NCBI GenBank assembly: GCA_964016885.1
Contig: OZ024745.1
Span: 29,016,001 to 29,080,000 of the forward strand
Direction of reading: 5' to 3'
From: Eledone cirrhosa
Taxonomy: Eukaryota
DNA: 64,000 bases
A program made the position numbers and the translations under genes. Of this stretch, positions 33,740 through 44,310 are shown one piece after another (the first letter of the stretch is position 1; each line of letters begins with the position of its first letter). The notes beneath the pieces were generated by a model. The model was not told the DNA's origin. It saw only the letters and a program-made list of their open reading frames with translations, and ran no database searches.

Positions 33740-35240
33740 ACAATTGAATGAGGTGTTGCGTTTGTATACACACGTGCTTTATAAATGCGTCTGTATATGT
33801 TTTGTAAATGCGTGTGTTATAACATGAATGTGAAGCGGGAAGCGTTAATAGAAGAATGTGTATAAGAAGTGGTAATAGAGGAAGACAGACACACAACAAC
33901 GTTAATGAAAATGAACCAATCAGAACACGCCATTCAATCACTGCTGTTGACATCTGCTCAATAGTAAGACGTTTTACTAGCACCAATCAACGATCTCTAT
34001 TGTATCACATGATCAATGACCACCATTGCGCGCTTTTACACTCCCTCTCTCTGTTTATATATATGTATATTTCTATTGCTCCCATATCTTTCTCTTAGTC
34101 TTTCACTTCCTATATCACTTTTTTTGCCTTTTCCTCTTCTAATCTTTCTCTTTCCTCAATGTTGTTCCCTCTTTATTTTCCCCTCCTTCCTTATTTTAAC
34201 TCATACTACTACTCTACCTCCTCCCCCAATTGTTAGCCATGTAATTCCGACATGTCTGGTTTGTTTTGTTTTCTTTTCATAGATTCATTACACCACACAC
34301 ATTCTTCTGTTATAGTTAAGTACTAGATTACTATTACATACTCTAGTACGCTCCCACCCCCTCCACTCACCTATAATTTAACTCTCTATTGATCTATATT
34401 GGTGGAATTATCACTTCTAATATCACAGGAACGGGGCACTCCAAACCAACGTCCATAGAAGTCTGTATAGGCAAACGTTCCATCGTAACTATTATTGTAA
34501 ACTAATACTACTTATTTTTCTAACATTGCACTCTTTACTACGAACTATTATACATGTTTCCTCTTTCACGGAGATAGAAAGAGACAGAGTCAGAACACTC
34601 CACAACGGATATGACTCGTCACACCGCCATAACAAAAACATCAATAGCAGCAAGGTTATAAACAACATAACCCATACAGCAACATTACTACAATTGATGG
34701 TTCAATCATCTTTTCTTCTCCATCTCGTATACACACACCGAAACACCACCAGATCACAACTACAACAATCATAGAACCACCACAACACCACATCTTAACT
34801 ACAACCACATATCACAACTAAAGTACACACCAGAAACTTACCATAGCTACAACCAACACCTCACTACACCCCAATAACCTCACTACAAACACAACACCAC
34901 ATGCCGTTCCTTAATAGATTATTCCAGAGTAAAAGGGCCAGAAATTACAACACCAAACCTGCAATTCCGGAGCCAAAAAAGCCGTAAGTTTGACATTCTT
35001 ATGTTTGTTGATATATATCATTTACTTTTTTTTACATATGTTTCAGTGCATTATATTTAATTAATGTTTGTTATGCTCGACTTAGGACAACAAAACACCA
35101 CCAGAAACACGAATAAAAGATTACACATTGATCTGGAAAGAAGCATCCATAAAAAACAAAAAAAAACGATGTACTGTTTATAAACTACCTTCTTAAGTAT
35201 TTCTGTTTAGATCTAAAATGACATAACACATTTAGCTTGA
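33740..35240 (+). repeat. Dispersed repeat B, copy 1 (possibly the 5'/pLTR region of a Penelope-like element)
   Basis: Direct repeat of 42440-43795 with identical ORF text (HSLLRTIIHVSS...). Two CCAAT boxes. The family assignment is inference. Confidence 0.8.
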
Positions 35241-35261
35241 AGCTATTATTACTTGGATTGT

Positions 35262-35398
35262 TACGTCCCTTTATGATCTGAGTTCAAATCCCGCCGAGGT
35301 TAACTTTGCCTTTCATCCTTACGAGGTCGATAAAATAAAGTACCAGTAATGTACTGAGTAATTGCTGGCCTTGTGCCTAAAATAGAAACAATTATTAC
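35262..35398 (+). mobile_element. Meta-like SINE, partial
   Basis: Same B-box, core and tail as 13641-13835. Confidence 0.8.
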
Positions 35399-35541
35399 TT
35401 GGATTGTTTCATCCGAAGCAAACCATCAGGAAAGCACTGATGATTGATTTCCTTCGAAACCATTTCTATATTAAATTTGTTTACACTCTACTAATGTATT
35501 GAGTACCTTACTTACTACTGTGGCTACCCCCGATCGAACCC

Positions 35542-35599
<58 letters not shown>

Positions 35600-35656
35600 C
35601 GTATCATGTTTTTGCAACATTAAAAGAATATTTGGAATCTGGCCTTCTTTTTTCAT

Positions 35657-35750
35657 TATATATATTGCTGAGTAGCAACGATGAGTGATATTACATATAT
35701 TTTATGTGAGTGTATCTATATATGTTTATTAATCTGTGAATCTCTCTCTC

Positions 35751-35782
<32 letters not shown>

Positions 35783-35862
35783 TTCACAGATTAATAAACA
35801 TATATATATACACACACAAAATATATGTAATATCACTCATCGTTGCTATTCAGCAATATATA
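35657..35862. repeat. Fold-back palindrome (~95-bp arms) centred on (TA)n
   Basis: attgctgagtagcaacgatgagtgatattacatatatttt... / ...aaaatatatgtaatatcactcatcgttgctattcagcaat. Confidence 0.9.
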
Positions 35863-35986
35863 TGAAGTATTTCCGTCAGAAAGGTACAGGAAAAAAGAGT
35901 GCTCTATGTAGGCTACAGAGCTTATTAGTTATGTAATAAACAACATAAGATAATTATTTCATTTAATAAATACACCATGTTTTTTA

Positions 35987-36047
35987 TTCATTCTGACGAC
36001 CGAAGACAGACACAACATGTGTCTTCAAGAAACCACTGGTAAATGAA
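35987..36047 (+). ncRNA. Type I hammerhead ribozyme motif (separate family)
   Basis: Stem I ttcatt/aatgaa. CTGACGA at 35993. Stem II gaagaca/tgtcttc (closing two pairs mismatched). GAAA at 36029. Stem III CC-act-G(G). GUA triplet at 36039-36041. Confidence 0.7.
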
Positions 36048-36297
36048 ATAATTATCTTATGTTGTTTATTACATAACTAATATATAAAGGGGTCCCCAGT
36101 CACTGAAGGGGTCACGGAGTGTGTGACGAGGGAACTTTGACAATATATGAACGGTCGTCTGGTTGTGGGGCCAACCAACCAACCTGAAATTTATAAATTT
36201 ATAAATTCCTAAATTTATAAATTTAATTTATAATAAATTGAAATGAAAACAACTGGTGCATGTGTTTCTTATTGGCAACATGACCCTCCCAAAGTAT

Positions 36298-36357
<60 letters not shown>

Positions 36358-37559
36358 CATTTATTAATGTTCCACCCAATGAAGGTAGGATTGACTTATA
36401 ATAATTTTAGTAATTGATGTGCACAGTAAAATACATTGCAAAGTAAAATACATTGTTTCTGAGGATAGACGGTAGAATGTTTGTTTTATTTTTGCGATGC
36501 TTCTGGTATGGAGTTGCATAACTGCCATCGATTGGTCTGCATTTTGACAATTTTGCTTTCTGGAACGATCTTAAAACAGCGGATTAATTAACTATTGCAC
36601 CTTTTCCTTATTCCTTCATTGTTTAACATTACATATATTTATATATACACACATATATCTATATACACACATATATATATATATCTAACGTGTATTATCC
36701 ATGCTTGCATGGGTTAGATCGGTTATGTTATGTGGCTAGCCAGGTCAGGTGATCACGTCTTGCTCATACAGATGTTTTCGGCCTGTTTTTCATTTTACGG
36801 CTGAATTTAACCAGATTACAGCATGTACTGGGCGCATTTTCCATGGTACCACGACTATCCCTTTCTACGATGGACAGGGTACTTTTTATCGTAGTTCTAG
36901 AATGACCACCTAACATGGTGTACTGTATGCTTTTTTGTCGAGGTACCAGCACGATCACACTACAGAATAGACTAGGTGCTTTATATCATGGCACCAACGC
37001 TGTGGGAAAGTAGGTGTCGAGCGTGTCCGCTCTTCCATGCATGCATGGGTTGAACTGGAAAGGCATGTAAAAGGGGGTGGTGTCATCGTCACCGTTAGAC
37101 ATCAATTGCCCTTTGGGTCAGACAGGTTGCGACCTAGCAAAATAGGCCACGCCAAGTTCATACATTGTTTCTGTTTTGGCATGGCCACCCCACCGAGTGC
37201 CCTTCCTAACCCTAACCAAATATTTTGTTGTTGTACAAGATGGGCATATATGTGTATGGGTTGGGCTGGGTTAAGAGAGGGGATCAGGGAGGGAATGTTG
37301 ACAGAAAGAAATGAGTGGAAGAGGTCTACAGTGTGTACATAGATAATAAGGGTGTCCTGAGTATTAAATTGGGGAACGTGTTTGAAGAAGAGTGGTGCAG
37401 GCTGTCCTCTTTATGTTTGTTTCATCCTGTATGTGTGGGAAGGCAGGTCTTCTGCAGTATGACTTATTGCCAGAAAACTCAATGCTGCACCAATTTCTTT
37501 GAGAGTCTTAATTGCATGGGATCATACGCACACGCACATGATGGCTGCAACACAATTTC

Positions 37560-37800
37560 GAGTAATGTTATCGCTTGATACTTAAGCTTGAGCAGCACTG
37601 ATGTGGCTTTTTAGTCCTGCTAGGGACTTGCACAGACGTTGCAACAATGGGGGCCCTCTCGCAGTAGGTGTCATGGTCCTGTTTTGGTGCACTTTCAAAT
37701 GACGTTTCAGTCCACCAACTGAGGCACACTCTGATTATGTTAGTCTCCTCCCTGAAAGGCTTGCGGGGTAATCGTGTCAGTTTTACGACGAAGCCTGTAG
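37560..37800 (-). mobile_element. RTE/BovB-like LINE C-terminal remnant; part duplicated at 39461-39560
   Basis: Frameshifted RLPRKPF..GGLKRHLK..PHC..RLCKSLAGLKSH (C-terminal zinc-finger motif). Confidence 0.55.
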
Positions 37801-37884
37801 GTCTGCTGCTGGACTCAAGCGGCACATGAGAGTGCATAAGGAGCAAATTATATTCAGGACTATCTGGGATATATATATATAGAG

Positions 37885-38270
37885 AGAGAAAATTGAGGTT
37901 GGTAATGGCACATGGAATATATAAGAGACAGAATACTTTTTTGTGAAAAAACATATAATTTTATAAGGTAAGGAAATAATAAAGGGTATAAAAAATGACC
38001 GGTTTCGATGGGTCTGCAAAAGCCATCTTTTCAAATGTTGATTAATATTAAGAAAAATTAATAATACGAAGAGTTAAAATTTGAGATTTGAAAATTCAAT
38101 TCTTAATATTAATCAACATTTGAAAAGATGGCTTTTGCAGACCCATCGAAACCGGTCATTTTTTATACCCCTTATTATTTCCTTACCTTATAAAATTATA
38201 TGTTTTTTCACAAAAAAAGTATTCTGTCTCTTATATATTCCATGTGCCATTACCAACCTCAATTTTCTCT
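37885..38270. repeat. Inverted repeat (~170-bp near-identical arms, ~45-bp spacer) carrying a degenerate hammerhead-like motif
   Basis: Arms 37885-38054 and 38100-38270; motif ttgaaaa-GATGG...CCATC-GAAA-CCGGTC. Confidence 0.88.
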
Positions 38271-38301
38271 ATAACCTTCGTTTTGTGTAGAAAATTACAC
38301 T

Positions 38302-38354
<53 letters not shown>

Positions 38355-38590
38355 AAAATTTTATTTAAGATTGTTGGGTTACAACGAGTAAATATTTTAT
38401 AACTGATATAAAAGCACTCAACAGTTTCTGGAGTAGGTTTACGATATTAAACAAATGGAAACTATATTTATAAAACCATATTTATTTCGTTATATATATT
38501 TCTGGGATATCATATTAAAAATCTTTTTAAATGGAAGTTGCATTATTACAAGGTATGTCACTAATTATTTATAAAACAGCTTATGTATTG

Positions 38591-38656
38591 TGTTTTGTCT
38601 GAGGAAGGCATACCATATTTTTAATATGATATCCCAGAAATATATATAACGAAATA
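38591..38656 (+). ncRNA. Type I hammerhead ribozyme motif (family A copy 2)
   Basis: Stem I tgttttgt/acgaaata. CTGAGGA at 38599. Long imperfect stem II. GAAA at 38637, then tatat-AUA. Confidence 0.65.
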
Positions 38657-39060
38657 AATATGGTTTTATAAATATAGTTTCCATTTGTTTAATATCGTAT
38701 ATATATATATATATATATGTTAGTTTCAGAAGATCCCGTTAAGGGTGAAAGCAGCGATTCTTTGCTTAAACTTTAATCTGTTATTTTAATATATATATAT
38801 ATATATATATATTATGTATATGTATTATATATATTATGTCATTTATTTTGTCTGACCTGTTTAGCTTGACTTGTTTTTTGGCTTAGGTGGTTAATGCCTT
38901 CTTGTCAGTTTGTATGGCGTTTATAACCTATGTTTATAGCTCTGGTTTTTTAGCCCATGGAGCGCTTGCCAGCATGACTCTGAATTTGCGTTACGTTCCG
39001 CTTTTTCTACCTGCCGAAATGCGATTCTCTGTGAATTTATATATATATATATATAGTAAT

Positions 39061-39358
39061 AATTGTTTCTACGTTAGGCACAAGGCCAGCAAGTACCCAG
39101 TGCATTACTGATACTTTATTTTATCGACCCCGTAAGGATGAAAGGCAAAGTCAACCTCAGCGGGATTTGAACTCAGATCGTAAAGGGACGTAACTATGCT
39201 GGAAAGCACGGCGTCCGACCCTCTACCGATACTGCCAATCCACCGCCCTTATATATATTGTTTCTACTTTTGGCACAAGGCCAGCAATTATTCCAGTGTA
39301 TTACTGGTACTTTATTTTATCGACCCTGTAAGGATGAAAAGCAAAGTTAACCTCGGCA
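39061..39358 (-). mobile_element. Two tandem Meta-like SINEs (near full length 39061-39250; partial 39257-39358)
   Basis: Reverse complement of the 13641 SINE. Confidence 0.85.
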
Positions 39359-39631
39359 TATATAGTAATAATAATAATAAATTTGAAGACTAAAATCCAA
39401 AGAGGGCTCGATAAGGATAAATATATATCAAATATATAAGAACCATAGAGCAAATATTTATTGGTGCACTTTCAAATGACGTTTCAGTCCACCAACTGAG
39501 CACACTCTGATTATGTTAGTCTCCTCCCTGAAAGGCTTGCGGGGTAATCGTGTCAGTTTTGTTATTTTAATATATATATATATATGTGTGTGTAAAAAAA
39601 AATATATATATATATATACACACATACATAC

Positions 39632-39689
<58 letters not shown>

Positions 39690-39704
39690 TTCTTTCTTTT
39701 TTTC

Positions 39705-40245
39705 TTTTCCCACTTATTCCTGAGAGGGTCATGGGGGCAGAGTCCTCAAACACTTCTTCCAGCAGGTCCTGTCAGAAGCAACCGTCTCAAACAGATCTGG
39801 CTGGATCCTCAAGCAAGACTAGCCAAGCTTATAGATGTAATCCAACCATCCTGCTCGGGGTCTACCCCTGGGCCTCATGTCGGTTGGTTTTGCCTGTAAA
39901 ATGTCCAGAGATTCTTTCTTGAAGCATTCTAGCCACATGCCCATAGTATTGGAGCTATGATCTCTCAATTCAGAGAAATAGCAGCTCTACCTAGAGTGAC
40001 TCTCTGATCTCCAAGCCACACACTCTATCAAGTAACGTTACTTCAAAGACCCTTCGGAGGAACCCCATTTCGGTCACTTGTATTCTTTCGGTCATTATCC
40101 TTACCCAAGATTCATGACTATAGGTAAGGGTTGGCATGAATGCCGAATTGAAGATTAAAGATAGCAAGTTTACCTCTCTTTTCTGATTACTGAATGCTGA
40201 ATCTGGCACATTACTGCACCAGCTCCTGTAATTCTTGCACTTAAT
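39705..40245 (-). mobile_element. RTE family-1 3' fragment
   Basis: PTLTYSHESWV..TERIQVTEMGFLRRVFEVTLLDRV. Confidence 0.85.
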
Positions 40246-40254
40246 ATATATATG

Positions 40255-40572
40255 ACCAAGCATAGACGAGTTGAGAAAGAAACTGGGTATAAGAGGGATA
40301 AGTTGCGGTGTGCAGGAGAGAAGGCTGAGATGGTATGGATATGCGATGCGCATGGAGGATGACCGCTGGGTAAAGAAGTGCCAAGAAATCCCAGTAGAAG
40401 GAGGATACAGTAGAAGTAAACCACCAAAAACATGGGTGGAGGTGGTGAGAGCAGACCTCAGATCGCTGAAACTCACCGAGGAGATGACGAAGGACCGTGA
40501 TAAGTGGAGAGATGCTGTGCTGAATAGGACCCGTCCAACCCTTGCAAACAGGGAAAAGCGGACGTAAAATGA
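40255..40572 (+). mobile_element. RTE family-2 3' end
   Basis: LGIRGISCGVQERRLRWYGYAMRMEDDRWVKKC...PPKTWVEVVRADL...DRDKWR. Confidence 0.88.
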
Positions 40573-40769
40573 TGTGTGTGTGTATGTATATATATATATA
40601 TAATTTGTACAGATTAAAGTTTAAGCAAAGAATTTCAGCTTTCCCCCTATACGGGATCTTCTGAAATCGTTTCAGACCCCATATAGGGTGCAAGCAGAAA
40701 ATCTTTGCTTAAACTTTAATCTGTACTAATAATATTTGCTGTACAGGTTTATATATATATATATATATA

Positions 40770-40907
40770 TAGGAAAAGGTATGACCCCGACTGCAGAGCT
40801 CAAGCCATTTCGACGGCCATTTCTGGACTGCAAAAATCGGTCTAGCGAGTCCAGAAATAGCCGTCGAAACGGCTTGAGCTCTGCCATCAGGGTCATACCT
40901 TTTCCTA
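40770..40907. repeat. GC-richer 138-nt hairpin (60-bp arms, 18-nt loop)
   Basis: taggaaaaggtatgaccc...ttctggact / agtccagaa...gggtcataccttttccta. Confidence 0.9.
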
Positions 40908-40984
40908 TTACCCACTCTACTACCCTAAGTATTGAGTACTCTGGTGCGTTATGGTCCATCTGGTTCCTTACCACAATTCCTTCG

Positions 40985-41022
<38 letters not shown>

Positions 41023-41028
41023 GAAAAA

Positions 41029-41075
<47 letters not shown>

Positions 41076-41151
41076 AAAGTTCTATTTAAAATTGTTGGGA
41101 TACAACAAGTAAATATTTTTATAACTGATATAAAGCACTCGACAAGTATTT

Positions 41152-41241
41152 GACTTTGCCTTTCATCCTTACGAGGTCGATAAAATAAAGTACCAGTAAT
41201 GCACTGGGTAATTGCTGGCCTTGTGCCTAAAGTAGAAACAA
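41152..41241 (+). mobile_element. 5'-truncated Meta-like SINE inserted into hammerhead family-A element copy 3
   Basis: TSD acaagtattt at 41142-41151 and 41238-41247. Confidence 0.8.
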
Positions 41242-41299
41242 GTATTTGGAGTAGATATACGATATTAATAATTGGAAACTATATTTATAAAACCATATT

Positions 41300-41364
41300 T
41301 ATTTCATTATACATATTTCAGGGATACCAAATTAAGTTATGGTATGCCTTCATCAGACAAAATA
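41300..41364 (-). ncRNA. Type I hammerhead ribozyme motif (family A copy 3)
   Basis: Minus strand: tattttgt-CTGATGA-aggcatacca-taacttaatt-tggtatccct-GAAA-tatgt-ATA-atgaaata. Stem II pairs 9 of 10 positions; stem I is 8 bp including 2 G-U. Confidence 0.78.
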
Positions 41365-41461
41365 CAATATATAACAGTTTTACAAATAAGCTTTGACGTA
41401 CCCTATTAAAATGCAACCATTATTTTTGGAAGCCATATATATATATATACACACACACACA

Positions 41462-41502
<41 letters not shown>

Positions 41503-41559
41503 CCTTATTGACTCCTCTTTGGATTTTGGTCTTTGTATTCATTATTACTATATATAAAA

Positions 41560-41817
41560 GTTTCTACTTTTGGCACAAGGCCAGCAAATACCCAGTACAT
41601 TACTGGTACTTTATTTTATCGACCCCGTAAGGATGAAAGGCAAAGTTAACCTCGGCGGGATTTGAACTCAGATCGCAAAGAGTTACCCCCCTTTACGATC
41701 TGAGTTCAAATCCCGCCGAAGTTAACTTTGCCTTTCATCCTTACGGGGTCGATAAAATAAAGTACCAGTAATGTACTGAGTAATTGCTGGCCTTGTGCCA
41801 AAAGTAGAAACAATTAT

Positions 41818-41818
<1 letters not shown>
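41560..41818. mobile_element. Head-to-head inverted pair of 5'-truncated Meta-like SINEs
   Basis: 41560-41677 (-) and 41690-41818 (+), near-complementary, short spacer. Confidence 0.88.
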
Positions 41819-41861
<43 letters not shown>

Positions 41862-41862
41862 G

Positions 41863-41990
41863 TCATTGTTTCCGAAGAAGACGGTATGATCGAACCTATA
41901 TATTATGTCTGATAATATAGTTCTCTAACTGCTATAGATCAGTCAATATATCAATATGATGAACCCTCCGAAACGATCGTAAAACAATGA
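41863..41990 (+). ncRNA. Hammerhead-like motif with extended (~90 nt) stem II region
   Basis: Stem I tcattgttt/aaacaatga (9 bp perfect). CCGAAGA (U4>C) at 41872. GAAA at 41970. Palindromic stem III ACGATCGT. GUA triplet at 41979-41981. Confidence 0.55.
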
Positions 41991-42439
41991 AATGAATATG
42001 TAAAATAACTTGCCTTCGTTATAAAGTCGATAAAATAAAGTACCAGTAATACACTAGGATAATTGCTGGCCTTGTGCCAAAAGTAGAAAGTTATTTTTAT
42101 CATTGTTAAATTAATATCTAATATATATAATTTGATTAAATAATACATATATATATAGAGAGAGAGGAAGAGATAACGTCAAAAAGAGCGTTCAGGTCGT
42201 TAAATCTTAAACGTAAGTTGTTTATGTATGAGTCATACATATATATAAATATAGATGACCAAGGCTCTCATTGACCATCAGATGTCTGTCTGGACAATCT
42301 TTCTTTGCAAAAATCGGTCTAGCGAGTCACCGTTATCGATAAGGAAATTTAAAAGAAGGGAAAATATACTCCGAAACGAGGAAGAGCGTAAGATATATAT
42401 GCGTATGTGGTCAACATAGACATCTTTGTGTAACCTGAT

Positions 42440-43795
42440 ATGTGTGTATATGCACGTGCTTTCCAAATGTGTGTCTAATTGTATATGATTTGTAGATGTG
42501 TGTTTATGTATAGGTTTTGTTAAATTGTGTGTGTGTATGTATATACTTTGTAAATATGTGTGCTAATGTGAATATGAAGCGGGAAGTGTTAGTAGAGGAA
42601 TAAGAGAGGGTAAGATGTATAAATAGAGAAAAAGAGACACACAACAGCATTAATGACAATGAACCAATCAGAGAGCGCCATTCAATCACTGCTGTTGACA
42701 TCTACTCAATAGTAAGACGTTTTACTAGCACCAATCAACAACCCCTATTATATCACGTGATCAACAACCAGGATCGTGCGCGTTCACCCTCTTTCACTCT
42801 GCTTACCTTTCTTTCTTTCTCTCTCTATTTTATTTCTATTTCTAAGCCTTTCATTACCTCCCCTTCTTTCAATGTTTATATCTTGTTCCCTCTTTATTTC
42901 CCCCTCCCTCGTAACTGTTACTCATACTATTACTCTACCTCCTTCCCCAATTGTTAACTATGTAATTCAGACATGTCTGGTTTGGTTTGTTTTGTTTTCT
43001 TACCATAGCTTCGTTACACCACACACACACATCTCTCTCTCTTAGATTGTTTCCATTCTTATAGTTAAGTACTAGATTACTATTACATACTCTAGTACGC
43101 TCCCACCCCCTCCATTCACCTATAATTTAACTCTCTATTGATCTATATTGGTGGAATTATCACTTCTAATATCACAGGAACGGGGCACTCCAAACCAACG
43201 TCCATAGAAGTCTGTATAGGCAAACATCGTAACTATTATTGTAAACTAATACTACTTATTTTTCTAACATTGCACTCTTTACTACGAACTATTATACATG
43301 TTTCCTCTTTCACGGAGATAGAAAGAGACAGAGTCAGAACACTCCACAACGGATATGACTCGTCACACCGCCATAACAAAAACATCAATAGCAGCAAGGT
43401 TATAAACAACATAACCCATACAGCAACATTACTACAATTGATGGTTCAATCATCTTTTCTTCTCCATCTCGTATACACACACCGAAACACCACCAGATCA
43501 CAACTACAACAATCATAGAACCACCACAACACCACATCTTAACTACAACCACATATCACAACTAAAGTACACACCAGAAACTTACCATAGCTACAACCAA
43601 CACCTCACTACACCCCAATAACCTCACTACACCCCAATAACCTCACTACACCCCAATAACCTCACTACAAACACAACACCACATGCCGTTCCTTAATAGA
43701 TTATTCCAGAGTAAAAGGGCCAGAAATTACAACACCAAACCTGCAATTCCAGAGCCAAAAAAGCCGTGAGTTTGACATCTTTGTTTGTTGATATA
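42440..43795 (+). repeat. Dispersed repeat B, copy 2
   Basis: Direct repeat of 33740-35015; 19-bp unit acctcactacaccccaata triplicated at 43602-43658. Confidence 0.85.
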
Positions 43796-44273
43796 GTGAG
43801 TGAGTGTGTGTGTATATATATACTCTTTTACTTTTACCTGTTTCAGCCATCCGGCTGAGGCCAATATATATATATATATTACTGAGATTACTCTCCGTTG
43901 CTACTACCTGATTCATAAACTCGGAGTAGCTGCTGAGAGAGTAGTCTTAGTAATATTGATTTCTAATTTCGGCCCAGAGCCAGCGAATTTAGAGGTAGGG
44001 TAAAGTGGATTAAATTAACCTCAGTACTTGACTGGTAATCTATTTTATTGACACCGAATGATGAAAGGCAAATTTGGCCTCGGTAAGGGTTGAACTCAGA
44101 AAGTTGAGAGCCGTAACAAATACGGCAATGGCAGTTTCATTTGGTGATCTACCAATTCTGAGAATCTATTACCCTAGTAGCCCCAGTTTATTATTAAATA
44201 TATAATATTCTCTACTTTGGTTGTGAACACTTTTTCCTCGTTTTAATAAACCCAAGGTATGGTTATGCGGTAC

Positions 44274-44310
<37 letters not shown>

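Noticed and set aside
35405-35470. CTGATGA...CGAAAC motif
   Set aside because: Stems I-III do not pair convincingly; at best a very decayed remnant
37695-37790. GAAACGTC on the minus strand suggesting a hammerhead (also at ~39480)
   Set aside because: No properly placed CUGANGA or stem I; the sequence is explained as RTE coding remnant (GGLKRHLK)
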